This document shows positions 1 to 12,971 of a DNA stretch of 64,000 bases, in pieces. The translations under genes and the position numbers were made by a program. Source of the DNA: Adineta vaga. Lineage: Eukaryota; Animalia; Rotifera. Where the stretch lies: contig CP075495.1 of assembly GCA_021613535.1 (NCBI GenBank), positions 6,758,001 to 6,822,000 of the forward strand. Direction: 5' to 3'. Every line of letters begins with the position of its first letter. Position 1 is the stretch's first letter. The notes below the pieces were generated by a model. The model searched no databases. It saw only the letters and a list, made by a program, of their open reading frames with translations, and was not told the origin of the DNA.

Positions 1-881
1 GACTTCACTAGAGAAAGACTATTCCAATTTAAATCTACAATTAGAAACAGAAAATAGTTATTTGTCAGATCATGAATTAAGACATAAACGAGAAGTGTAA
101 ACGAACGAAAAACTGAAAATGATTGTTCTTAATAAAACCCCCGCATGTTTGTTTCATTTAGTGAACTTGTTAAACAACGACAAGCTTCACCGACTGGTAC
201 AGCTACATCCGTGAATATTGTTGAAACAGCTGTTGATTTAGAAGATCGTTTAGCTAAAGAATTTTCTAATTTTCAATTTATGTCAAGAGAAACAGGTATG
301 TAACATGTGTTTCTTTTTCTTGATTTTCATTTATTTCAATATTTATTCTTCTAGAGGATGATAAAACAAATAATCTTCGTAGTCATAATCGTAAACTTGA
401 TGATAATTTGTTATTGATTGTTCAACAAAAAGATAATCAAATAGATAAAGATGAATGGATTTTTCCGGAGAAAAACTATGATGGTGAACCATCTTTACGA
501 GCAGTATGTCATTGATATATTCAACAATCATGTGAAATATATTTCTATTGGTATTAGGTTATTGAACAACTGATTCCTACATGTGGAAATCTTCATGTTC
601 AAATAGCAGGTAATGCACCATTAGCATGCTATAAAAATGATGCAGATACATCTTCGAAAAAAGTAAGACAAATATCAGAAAATATTTCGTTTCATTAAAT
701 ATGTTCTCTTACATAGATTTTCTTCTACAAAGCTGAATATCTAGCTGGTGTTGTGAAACAATTTTCTACTTTGAAATCATCTCCATATAAAGATCATGCA
801 TGGGTAACTCATGCAGATCTTCCCAAATATTTGTCACCATCATATTATAAAGCTGTCAAAGATATGTTGTTTGTGTTCTAA
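1..881 (+). CDS. MRPL46: Mitochondrial ribosomal protein L46, 3' part (5 exons visible, 5'-truncated by window)
   Basis: Spliced reading gives ENSYLSDHELRHKRE...RETEDDKTNNLRSHNRKLDDNLLLIV...WIFPE...GEPSLR...GNAP...IFFYKA...DHAWVT, matching recalled mL46 motifs; GT-AG introns of ~55-65 nt; TAA at 879-881. Confidence 0.85.
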
Positions 882-1233
882 GGAAGAAAAACGTTCTCTC
901 TAGGATAAATAAATATATTATTAGAAAACAATTATGTTTTATTTTAGTATATACACAAGAAGGATCCAGAAGCACTCGTATCTCTCTTTGAGATCATTTA
1001 TAAATAGAATGATAGATTCACTGAATATTGGTGGTTTTAAATCATAGTACAGATTTACCTTTGGTAGTATTCTTTCTTCTAACTATGCTATACGAAATGA
1101 AATAAACAAGATTGATATTTATACATGTTCATACTCTCTCAAGATGATATCTTCATCAAAAATTGTATAACATATAACAATTAAATTTTGTAACTTTCTT
1201 TTATTACAGAAGTCTTTAGAATAGAAGAAAGAT

Positions 1234-2544
1234 TTAAATACTAAATATACTACAGATAGCAAAAAGCATCATGGATATAAAGTATTTATTACCATTGCCA
1301 GTAGCTCGATCATATTGTACTTGATACAATCGATTATTTCCATCTTCACTAAATAGTAAACTTCCATCCTTTAATACTAATAATCCAACAGGTCTTCCAA
1401 ATGTTTTTGGTCCTGATGGTTCTGTCAGAAATCCATAGACGAAATCTTCGTAATATCCCATTGGACGATTGGTGTCTTTGTTAAATGGAATAAAAACAAT
1501 CTTATAACCGGTTCCTTCATTTTTATTCCATGATCCATGTAATGCAGCGAATGCACCATTTCTATATCGATCAGGAAATTGTGAACCATTATAGAAAAGC
1601 ATATCGAGAACTGCTGAATGAGCTTGAAAAAGAACATCTGGTGTTTGTGTTTTTGATACTAGATCCGGTCGTTCACTTGTTCCATTTGGAAAACGTCGTC
1701 GTGGATCGATCAAAGTTGAGCTAAGATACGCATAAGGCCAACCAAAAAATTGATTTTCTTGTACGCGTGTAAAAAAATCCGGTACAAGATCATCACCGAG
1801 AAGATCACGTTCTTGACAAGCAACATATAAATCATTTGTTACTGGATGATATGCCAATGCTGTAGGATTACGAAGCCCATCAGCGAATGTTCTCTGGTTT
1901 CTTCCATCGAGATTTGCTTGTTGAATCGATGCTCGTGGTGAATCTTCGATATTAACATTCGATCCTGAACCAATACCAACCAAAAGTTCATTGAGAGATC
2001 TTGTTAATACAAGCGATCGTGTCCAATGACCAGTTCTAGCATAAGTCATGATTACATCACCGGTGCCTTCAATTTTTCGACTACCAGTTGTCCATGAATA
2101 ACGACGTAGTGCGTCTCGATTACCAACATAAAAGAAATTGTTAAGAAAAGCCATTCCATAAGGTCGACTCAGATTATTTGAAGCGTTAGCAAATGTCATT
2201 CGTTGATCTGGATATCCATCATTATCTGTATCGATCAAACAGGAGATGCGATCAATAGATGATTCAGCCACGATTATATCACCAGAAGGTGTATAGATCA
2301 AAGTTCGTGGCTGTATGAGATCTTGAAAGTAAGGTTTGACCGAAAATCCAGTTGGTACAAGAAGTTCAGGATCTGTTGGTATAGGAATAACAATTGCATT
2401 CTTGTTAGCCGATTCATTAGCATTAGGCAATGGGAGATTGTTTACTGTGATTTTAATTGCTTGCGGTACAAATGTAACGTTTCGCGTATGAATTTGTTTG
2501 AAACAAATGATAAATATAACGTAGAAGTACATGAAAACCTGCAT
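1234..2544 (-). CDS. Glucose/sorbosone dehydrogenase-family (PQQ-dependent beta-propeller) protein, bacterial type, intronless, with signal peptide and C-terminal hydrophobic tail
   Basis: Single ORF; first ATG at 2544 (the track start 2601 is TTG). Motifs HWTR, GSGSNV, GLRNP, ERDLLGDDLVPDF, FGWPY, FQAHSA, HGSWN, GRPVGL, DGSLL are characteristic of bacterial L-sorbosone dehydrogenase-like proteins. Confidence 0.85.
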   Translation of the reverse strand: MQVFMYFYVIFIICFKQIHTRNVTFVPQAIKITVNNLPLPNANESANKNAIVIPIPTDPELLVPTGFSVKPYFQDLIQPRTLIYTPSGDIIVAESSIDRISCLIDTDNDGYPDQRMTFANASNNLSRPYGMAFLNNFFYVGNRDALRRYSWTTGSRKIEGTGDVIMTYARTGHWTRSLVLTRSLNELLVGIGSGSNVNIEDSPRASIQQANLDGRNQRTFADGLRNPTALAYHPVTNDLYVACQERDLLGDDLVPDFFTRVQENQFFGWPYAYLSSTLIDPRRRFPNGTSERPDLVSKTQTPDVLFQAHSAVLDMLFYNGSQFPDRYRNGAFAALHGSWNKNEGTGYKIVFIPFNKDTNRPMGYYEDFVYGFLTEPSGPKTFGRPVGLLVLKDGSLLFSEDGNNRLYQVQYDRATGNGNKYFISMMLFAICSIFSI

Positions 2545-4357
2545 TTCTTGTCTTATGTTTCTTCTATAAATTTCAACGGAAAAAGGACAAAATATTTTCA
2601 ATGCAGTACTTTATAAATGTTAAAAAAAGAACAAAATACGTACTCAAATAGTGAATGACTAAGCAAATTTAATCCTTATCATGCTGTATGCAAGTATGTT
2701 CTGTTAGTAATAGAACTTCACCTTGATATTAAAGAACAAACTTCGTTCGTTTTCTTATTTTAACGACTGTTCTATTTTGTTTTCAATCGATTAAAGTTAA
2801 AGTAATCGTATTATTTCTATATCTAATAATAAAGAACTATATTTATTTTCAAATGTCAAGTAGAATTCTCTAAGATTTTTCATCCTAGGAGAGTGAGAGA
2901 GAGAGAGATGATCTCTTACCACATAAGTGAAATGTGTTTTCGAGTGAAGTACAACAAAAGAATAGGATTGATCAAAATGATATTAGAAATATACATATAC
3001 GTTGTATTTATCTCGTCTCATTTACTTTTTGAAAAACAATATACTTTTTTTGCTTCACTATTTCCATCATTTATAGCTCTATAAATGGCAAAAGATAATA
3101 AAGCTTTTTAATTTGAAAAATGATAAACTTTGTCTTTTACTAAAATAGAATCGATCGTTTGTTCGATACATAGTTTTCCTAGTTTATGCTTCAAATTAAA
3201 AGTTTAGTCTTTCATATGTATTGAATAATACTTTGCATTGATTTTTCTATTTTTGTTAAAAAATAAATACGACGATTCATATAAACCAGTAGTATAGCTT
3301 ACTCTCATTCCATTATTATGGACAAAGTTCGTATCACAATCTGTTGTTGAAATTTCATATTCAATTTGTTTATATAAAGAGGCGGAGTTGAAACGTTTGT
3401 GTGGTAAGGCTTGCTATTTATTCCAGTCGTCTGCTCTTCTGATTCATTTGTTTTGATTTAAAATCACATCTTTGTTTTCTAAATTCACATTGAAATTAAA
3501 TAGACCATTGTATGAACACAATTAAGGGCATTGACCGTAAAAAATAATATACTAACACATGATGTTCGACTTATTTCGATCCAAGAGTTCATTTTGATCA
3601 CAATATACCTTCACTATCTAGATATACGTATATTACTAACATAATTTATTAACAATCTATTTTGTAGTTTATTTATTTTGACATTCTACCTTACTTATTA
3701 AACCTAATCATATTTATTCAGAAAAGAAAATCTTATCGAAGAATCTCAATTGTATTATGTAATAATACAAATCGATCTCTCGTTTATGGTCATCGGAGAG
3801 TTAATAAACAGAACAACGATAATTAAAATTCATATCGAAGAAACTTGAACGTTAGGTAATCGTCCAGATCACTAAATTTATCAAGATTGAAAAAGAAATC
3901 ATTTGCAGATTGTTGAACATGACGAATTATGTATATGTATTGCCAAATAGAACGGAAGAATGGAACATTTAACTCTTTGTGATAGTAAAGATGTGATGGC
4001 TTTCATCTATATGGTAATCATTAAAAGTTAAATTGAACATTAACAAAACGTTTTTGATTATATTTCATGCTTATAATAATTTTCATACATAAACATTTTA
4101 ACACATTGTCTATTCAGTTAAACTATGTTGATATCTAAGTCGGAGAAATCGATACAGAAATTTTTCCTTTTGTTCTCTATGTCGTTTTATACTTCACGCT
4201 TTCATTGAAAATCATGCATTCGTCTTGTATAATCGATATACTATTTTTAGGGATGCATTTTTTTTTCTAAAATATTTAATCACAGCATATACAGCAAAGT
4301 AAAAGAAACAACTAACGACATGAGTGGCTTATTCCAGCCTCCGATAACATATTTCTG

Positions 4358-4548
4358 ATTGGTCAAGCTATTTGATTGATATAAAGAAGTTTAAATGAGT
4401 CACTCAGGTGTGTAAGAAATAGTCATTCATTCTTTCGTTCGTGTTTTGTCAGCATATTGTATCTTTATATACGTCATCATTGTTTATGTTTTATAAATCA
4501 TCGTAAATTAATCAGGATTTGAATGAACAATATATTCTTTCTTATCAG
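4358..4548 (+). promoter_or_regulatory. Possible upstream promoter / non-coding first exon of the moesin gene
   Basis: ATTGG (CCAAT box) 4358-4362, AP-1-like TGAGTCA 4396-4402 and a donor-like CAG|GTTTGT at 4548/4549 in a long ORF-free region upstream of moesin; acceptor-like tracts at ~6790-6812. Motifs are short and could be chance. Confidence 0.25.
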
Positions 4549-6928
4549 GTTTGTGTTTTATTTTGTAATGTTTCTTAATTAAAACATGACTGTTTATCTC
4601 AGTAAATCATCCATTTTCCTATTTTCTCTTTTATAACTTGTCAAAAATATGTCTTTATACATCGTTTGTGTATCTACATATATTTTATTGTATTTACACC
4701 TTCAAGGCATATACATACGTATTTGTCTCAAGTTGTGACAAGAGCCAAACCAATTCATGCTTTGTTTTCTCTGTCTGTCCTCAAGATCGGTCATTCATTA
4801 TTTTTCTTTTGTCTCGTTTTTCTGTCGCAGACGACACTGAATAAATTAGTTCGATCGATACCATTTATTTATTTCAATTTTCTTTTTATCTTGAATAGTC
4901 GAATAGAAAGATAAAATTGTACAAAAATGACACGTTATCATCAAATAGGTACACACAAAGACACGTTCCTTCGTACTCGACCTCATTAGAAGGAGAAGAA
5001 GAAGAAACAACGTATACTTCTAGTATCGTTTGTCCGTTCATTCTTCTCATTCTTTTCTCTTTCTCCTTCATCGTACAATATAGGTACACAAAATTCTCTC
5101 TTTCGTTGTAGTAAATTAATGGTTGAAATCTTACGAGCCCTCATCGACGCCGCTGTTCGTCTGTATTATTTGTTGTGTATCTGTCTGCTGCTTCTCTTTC
5201 GTTTTCTCTCTTTCTCACACATAATTGACTTTCGTCTTATCTCTCTTTTTTCCTCGCTCGAACTCTCTCTCTCCCTCTTTTTTTCTTCCCTTCTTTTTAG
5301 TTGTTTGTTCACCCTATTGCTTTTGTTAAAACGGCGGCAATAGTGGATACTACTGTCTTAAGATAAATGCGAAACAACATGCGTGAGACTTAATCCTCGA
5401 TACATGTAAAAAAAAAGAAAGAAGATCACTGCTATTTATTTAGAATGGTGAATTATTTTTTCTTTTTTCGTTAATTTTTATCGTCGATGTTTTTTTTCGA
5501 TTTTCGTAAGAAAACAACAACAACAAAATGTTTTCGTGTACATATATTTTACTTATGCATTTATATGTAATTGAGTAAGTTTAATATTTATTATGTAATG
5601 TTTACATGGAGTTGAATAGATGAATACTGTGAACATAATTCGATAGTCTGTGTATTCGCGTGTTATACTTTAATTACATATTGCACTGGCAGTAACTACA
5701 CAATTGACCTGAATATAAAACAAGGAAAAAGAATAATGGGTCATAAAATCGATGAGAAATGCAAGACGATGATACGGTTGTAGTGATACTATCGATTTAA
5801 AACAACGTTTAATTTCATCGATTTCACATCGATAAAAATTGAACATTTGCATTCATATGGATGCACGAGTAGGTCAAGATGATGCACACGTTTTTTGTTC
5901 TCTAATTAATCTTTTTATTTTGATTTGTTTTTTTTTACTTTTTGAAAAATGAATCACTAAGAAGTATTGAGTAGAAAAGGATTATTTGAGAAAATTTTAT
6001 TGATAAAATGCATAATAAACATTTTTATCTAATGAATCAAAGGTTATATGAAATCCTTTAGTATGTTACAAAGAATGACAGGAATATGGCCTTCAACCTT
6101 CTTTTTTTCACACGCGATCACGTCTTAAGTGAGTTTCTTACCAAAAAATATTTTACATTTTTGTCGTTATATTCACTTTGTTTTAACAATCATCTCATTC
6201 TTTTCGCGTTTTTTCTTCTAGTTTTATTATTCAGCAGATATTGAGATATCTGCGACAGATTATATGTGTACGTATGTCTCGAAACGAGTACTAAAACAAA
6301 AATTCTCTCTCTAGTTATATTCTTCTTCTATTCACATGATAAATTTAAGATAATCTTCATTTTTCTCTCTTATGTCTTCAAGAATTTGTACATTTTTTGA
6401 TGTACTAGCACGTGCGTTATGTTCGAAAATTATATCTCATGATCCTTTTCTGCTAACAATCAGTCGATCGGTCGGCCACACACGAACCTGGTCATGGTTA
6501 CTCCGTGTTATGTCATATTTGTTCATATGTTGTACGCCCATTTTTTTATTCGTCGTCTTAGCTCATATAACGAAACACATCTTCTATTCACTGAGATTTG
6601 TCTTTAGGCAATATTACTATTGCACTGTGATGTTAGTCAGCGAAATATTATACTTCAGAATATGACCACGACAATGAATCACCGTTGTTTTTCTTTTAGT
6701 GAATTAAACAGCAGCAACAGCACTGTTGATATACATTGCATTTCTTTTCCTCCTTCTCCTCCTCCTTCAAGCTCCTTTTTTTCTCTTTTCTCTATTCAGT
6801 CATTCGTTTCAGATAAACGCACATATACATTGTGGACGACGACGGATAGACGATATCTCTATGTATAAAATATTGTAAAACAATAACGATTCAACTTTCA
6901 AATAGAATATACAAACAAAACTTCAACA

Positions 6929-9900
6929 ATGTCACCAAAAGCCGTAAGTTGATTTATTAAAATTATTATTTTTTGTTGTCATCGTTGTTGCTGTTATCGG
7001 TTTTTTAATACAGGATGAAAATAATGTTTGAAAAAAAGTTAATTTTCTCCTTTGCGATGATGTTTGTTGATTAAGAATTCGTTGATCATTTTGTCGATTA
7101 ATTAGATGAATTTGAATTTTCGATTTTTTTTCTTGAGTTATATTTTCTATTGAACTAAACGATTCCGTTTCATCTAAAGGTGTAGGATTTGATGAGTCAA
7201 TTTGATTGATATTCGGATATATTTTTGTCATGACTCGTAGTTGTAATTTGATATAGAGTTTAGTATTCATCGAATTTTTTAATGGATAGGCTCGATTAAC
7301 AGACCAATCTTTTTCTTCGAGAAGTGTTTTGATCGAAAATTCGATTGTACCAATGAGATGATTCTTATTATTTGAATCGTTGATATTAATTTGTAATAAT
7401 GATTGTTCAGGATTAACAAGCATAAACATGAAACTTTTCATCCAACATGGATTGGTTGAATTTTTAATTATTGAAGTTTTCTCTTCATAATTATCGATCT
7501 TAATTGAACAAAATGGATAAGGTTGAAGAGCTTTTCCATGTTGAGTTGATGGTAATTGTTCGGCTCGTTCAATATAAACGATTAGTAATGATGTAGATAA
7601 TGTATGAGACGTTTTTGATAGCATCATTTGAATATGTTCTTGATTTATTTGTTGAATTTGTTGGAAATAATCACGATTTGTTGAGAGATAAAACCAATTC
7701 ATACGAATATGTATAGTCGAATTATTCGTACCAGCTAAATCATACCATTGATCGAGTAGATCATTTTTATCTTTAATACTTTCAATAGGAATATTTATTG
7801 TACCAATATAATCATCCGAACCAAGATCAGCATCGAATATAGATATCTATAGCTCTCAAAAATATCGATTGTAATGAGTTCATTACTACTATTTCATTCT
7901 TTCCGGACCCGTTAGCTGTTAATGAAGACTATCAATTAGATGAAAGATCTAGATCAATCTTATATGTACAACTATGGTCGTTTACTAGAATAAGTAACTT
8001 ATCTTCCTGTACCATAGATTAATAGTATTAGATAGAAGAACGATTCGTGTTTGATTGAGAATAAAACACATACCTGAAGTTGTTGTGTGTTGGATTCTTC
8101 AATAGGTATTTCAAATGTTTCATACCATTTGGGATTGTTATGCCTTTGTTTATGTGTTTTTAATTTATATTGTCCAACACTAATTGTAACAAAAGCATCA
8201 ATAGTATGTTTTGTTAGAACTAATGAATTATCAAGTTTTGGAAGATGTTTTGCTTCAATAATATCGATTCGTAGTATTCCATCAGGTCGAGGAATTTTCA
8301 ATTGATTAATATCGATTTCATTCATAAAGGCAATGATTAATCGATTAGGTATAACAATACTTGATTGTAAGATACGTTCTAATGATAACATCAGTAAATT
8401 ATGTAAACCTGGAATTTCAATAATATTTGCGATATCAGTTAAATCAAAATCGATTGTTGGTGTACGTAGAAAAAAGACTTCTAAAGCACCAACAAACGGG
8501 ATTTTTGATACAATTGATTTAAGAATAATTCGTAATTCTCCATGTAGATACAATGATTTTATGCCAGCTTTTAAACTATGGTACTTCATTTTAATTTGCA
8601 TATCACCACCATAGAAAAATTCCGTATCAAGAATAATTTCATCCGATCGAATATTCTCTGTATAAATCTTAATTCCACCTAAGCGCGGTGGAAAATCGCC
8701 GAAATCAATACGTTCAAATGAAAGACTGGAGATTTGTTTTTTAATTTCTGGTTCAATCGTATTTTTAACAAGTTTTTGTACATAATCAGAGATTGTCGGC
8801 CATAATTGTGCAATAAATTTATTTAACCATTCACATCGATCAAAATCCGGATAGGAAATCCATGATGGGAATTCATTTAGACGTTTTTCAATTGCTGGAC
8901 GTACATCAGTTGTTAATTCTTCGAAGAAGTTTATACGTTCAAGACGTAATAAATGAAATCGCCGTTCGATTGTTTCTAGAAAAGCAAATAGAATTAACCA
9001 AATCAATGAAAGACCATATCGACCAAAGAACCAAAATAGAATTGAATAGATTAAACATCGTAGAAATATTTTCACTAGATTATAAATATCAAATAGAATC
9101 GTTTTAAGATCATGTTGAATTGTTGTCTTCAATTTTTTTCGATTGATTTTTTTCATTTACGAAAAATATGTTTCATAGGAAAAAATAAAAGCGCTTTTCT
9201 TTTCAGGTCAATGTACGAGTACTTACTATGGACTCGGAACTCGAGTTTGCCATTCAACCAAATACTACCGGCAAACAACTTTTTGATCAAGTAAGTTCGA
9301 TCTAGTCAAGCGGGATAAAATGAAAGATAGAAAAGGTTCGATACTGATTCTTATCATTCAATGCAGACTGTTATTTCCGACTGTTCTTTTAACTAACATA
9401 TGGAGAGTTCGTCTGCTAGAATAAATTTTGAAGAGATCTTCTTTTCTATAAATATTTGATTTTCAAATGTTTAGTTTCTAAATCTCTTCTACATCTAAAT
9501 GTTTTTATTTAGGTCGTTAAAACGATTGCTCTTCGTGAAATCTGGTTTTTTGGCCTTCAATATACTGATTCAAAAGACTTTCCATGTTGGTTAAAATTAA
9601 ACAAAAAAGTTCTAGGTCAAGATATCAAAAAGAGTTCATCGCAACCATTAACATTTAAATTTCGTGCTCGTTTCTTTCCTGAAGAAGTCTCTGAAGAACT
9701 TATTCAAGAAATAACACAAGTAGGAAGGAAATTCTATTTATTGAAGAAAACAAACATTTCTATATCATTTTTGTGTTTGTCTTTTAAATAGAAACTTTTC
9801 TTTCTTCAAGTAAAAGAATCGATTCTTACGGATGAAATCTATTGTCCACCTGAAACATGTGTTCTTCTTGCATCTTATGCAATGCAAGCAAAACATGGAG

Positions 9901-12158
9901 ATTTTAATGAAGAAATACATCGACCAGGATCATTAGTTAATGAACGTCTGTTACCTAAACGTGTTATGGAACAATTTCAATTATCACCTGAAGAATGGGA
10001 AAAACGAGTAGTTAATTGGTGGAAGGAACATCGAGGAATGCTCAAGTAAATGATTTTCATTGTTGAATTAATTTAAATTCGTGGATTTTATTTTAGAGAA
10101 GAAGCAATGCTTGAATATCTTAAAATTGCTCAAGATTTGGAAATGTATGGTGTTAATTATTTTGATATTCGTAATAAGAAAGGAACTGAACTTTATCTTG
10201 GTGTTGATGCTCTTGGCCTTAATATTTATGACAAACAAGACAAGTATAAAACAATAAAAAAAAAAGTTCTTCTTCGTTCTATTCTACTTGTCTCCAATTT
10301 AGATTAACACCTAAAATTGGTTTTCCATGGAGTGAAATACGAAATATTTCATTTAATGACAAGAAATTCGTAATTAAACCAATGGAAAAAAAATCACCCG
10401 ATTTCATTTTCTATGCACCAAGACTTCGTATCAATCGACGAATTTTATCACTTTGTATGGGCAATCATGAATTATATATGCGTCGTCGAAAGACTGATTC
10501 AATTGAAGTACAACAAATGAAAGCACAAGCACAAGAAGAAAAATTAGCTCGTCTTCAAGAACGGTAGATTTTCTTGTTTAATTTTTCTTTCAAATATATT
10601 GTTTTGATCTATGTAGAGAACGAATTCAAGCTGAAATTGATCGTCGTAAACAGGCTGAACAAGAACGTGAAGCAATGAGAAGAAAAGTTGAAGATCTTGA
10701 ACGAAATGCAGCTGAAGCTAGACGAGGTAAGAAGGATTTCTGATCTATCTTAGTGTTTTAATTTAATTTAGAAATCTATCAAGATGATTTATAACTAAGA
10801 GTGTATGTGAGATGCTATATTTCAAAAAAAATCTTTGATTTCGGTTATAAGTTTCCTCTTTTCTATTTCACATTGTTTGAATATTTGCTGATGATTTTTG
10901 TTTGGTTTTTATTTTCCATTGAATTGATTTCGAAAACTTTAATAGATAAAATGATGTGTTTTTGTTGTTTATAGCTTTGGAAGATCAAAGTCGAATAACC
11001 AAAGAATTAGAAGAAAAACGAAAACAAGCGGAAGATGCACAATCACGTTTGAAACAAGAACGAGAAGAAGCGGAAAAAGAACATGAAAGAATGATGGAAC
11101 GTGTTCGATATGAACAAGAAGAAAAGGATAAAATTGTACGTTTAACAAATTAAGAATGAAATCCTTGTTATTCATTAACACGTTTTCATTGCCGTAACAC
11201 ATAATCTTGACGATTTGTTCATTTGTTTTAGGTTCAAGAAATTGAAGAAGCTCGCCGATTAGCCGAACAAAAAGCTATAGAAGCTCAACAAAAAGAGAAT
11301 GAAGCACGAGAGCTTGAAGAACAATTACGTGAAGCAAAAATGAGAGTAAGTCAAAACGATTTTATATTGAATAGAAAAGACATTTTTTTATTCGATTACA
11401 GAAATTGGTAATTTATACATTTTCTTGTAAACTAATATGAGCAAATGAAAGCATTATCTCCTTTTCTGCATGAGATATGCATCTATACGTATATAAATGA
11501 TCTTCTTATTCTTCTTTTAGTATCGTCATAAAAAACGAGGACATTCTCGTCCTTGGGTAGGCTTTTGTTTTTCGAATAAATAAAAGGGAAAAGGAAAATG
11601 TTCACACCATAACCTATCTAGAATTTTCTTGTAAAGATCAATTCTCATCACTATTGTGCATTTTAGGTACTTCAAAGTCAACAACAACAACCGAATAATA
11701 ATCATCATTATATGGAACATCCCGGCGAATACGGTAATCCTATAGAAGATGAAGAAAGTGATGAAGAAGATAACAGTACAACTCGTAATGGACGAGGTAA
11801 TACAAGAATAATATCAATTTTTAAGTCTTCTCTTTCATTTCCTAGGCGTTGAACTTCGTACTAATGAATATGCTTCACGTCATGAAGAAAATCGTTTAAC
11901 TGCAACAACAAAAGATCATAATATGAAACGAAAACTTGAAGTAGGAAATAGTTCTTCTTATCATTTCATTATACGTTTGTTTTCTATCTTTAGGCACTCA
12001 AAGATGAATTGGGTTCTGTTCAAAATTCCAACAAGGTCACTGAAAATGATCGTTTACATCAACAAAATGTTGCATCAGGTCGAGATAAATACAAAACATT
12101 GAAAATGATACGACAGGGCAATACGAAAAAACGTATCGACGAATTTGAATCTATGTAA
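6929..12158 (+). CDS. Moe: Ezrin/radixin/moesin (ERM) protein, ~12 coding exons
   Basis: Exon 6929-6943 (MSPKA|gtaagt) splices in phase to 9207 ([28 protein letters not shown]); FERM motifs [17 protein letters not shown] and [12 protein letters not shown]; coiled coil; C-terminus [26 protein letters not shown], stop 12156-12158. Confidence 0.95.
6932..9156 (-). CDS. ESYT: Extended synaptotagmin-like protein (TM-SMP-C2A-C2B), 2 exons, nested antisense in the moesin intron
   Basis: Exons 9156-8074 and 7846-6932 joined by a 227-nt GT-AG intron give ~665 aa: hydrophobic hairpin, [17 protein letters not shown] (SMP start), C2A with Asp ligands ([10 protein letters not shown]), second C2, basic tail. 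Confidence 0.9.
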
Positions 12159-12971
12159 AAAAAAGCATCCGAAAAACTTACTTCTTATCATTTCTTCTTC
12201 GTCCATTTTTATTATTATTATATCAATGGTCATTCCACGAAAGTTCATTTCATCTTTCTCTTTTTTCTCTGCGTGCATGTTTGGGCTGCTGTTATTTTCT
12301 TTTTTCTGTGTTTTCTCTCTTTCTTTCTGTTTATTCTTCTAAACTGTAAGCAGCACAATCGAACAATCATATGATTATTATTATCATTATTATGAATATC
12401 ATTCCAAAAAAAACCAAGTCGTCATAACCGTTTGATTCCATTAATTGACCATCTTATTTGATATGTTTCTTTCATTGATAACGTATAGTTAACTAAAAGT
12501 TATCGTATGTTTATTCTTGAAGAAACAAAAACTTCTCTTTTTTCGTCTCTTTTCCGTCTTTGAAAGTGTGCTTGTGTGTGTGTATGTAGTTAAGACAACT
12601 AAGAATTTCATCGTGTTCGTTATTTCCTTTATTTCGTCTTGTTCTTCTTTCTTCTTGTGGTCTATTAGTTCCTATTTTTTCCGTGCTTTCTTGCTCGTTG
12701 ATCTTGAAAATAAACACCCATTCGCACACGTATGCACATATTCAACTTCAGACTATCCTTATTTTAGTTGCATGATTAGAGTAAAATCAAAATCAGTCGA
12801 TGATATGGAAGAAAACTACTTTTCAATATAAAATACATTAAAAAAAAGATTGGATGTAGAAGAAGAGAATAACTTATTTTCTTCTTTTTAGAGTGGTTTT
12901 AAATTTATAAGTATCAGCTACTAAGACATTCTATGTGTTTTTTGATGAAACTGTGTCTTTTGTAGATATTC

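Noticed and set aside
1234-2544. Bacterial contamination or chimeric contig
   Set aside because: Base composition matches the host, there is no operon context, and eukaryote-like targeting signals are present; only read data could exclude it fully.
2650-6900. Many short Phe/Leu/Ser-rich ORFs
   Set aside because: Products of pyrimidine-rich non-coding sequence with no motifs; probably moesin upstream region and UTR introns.
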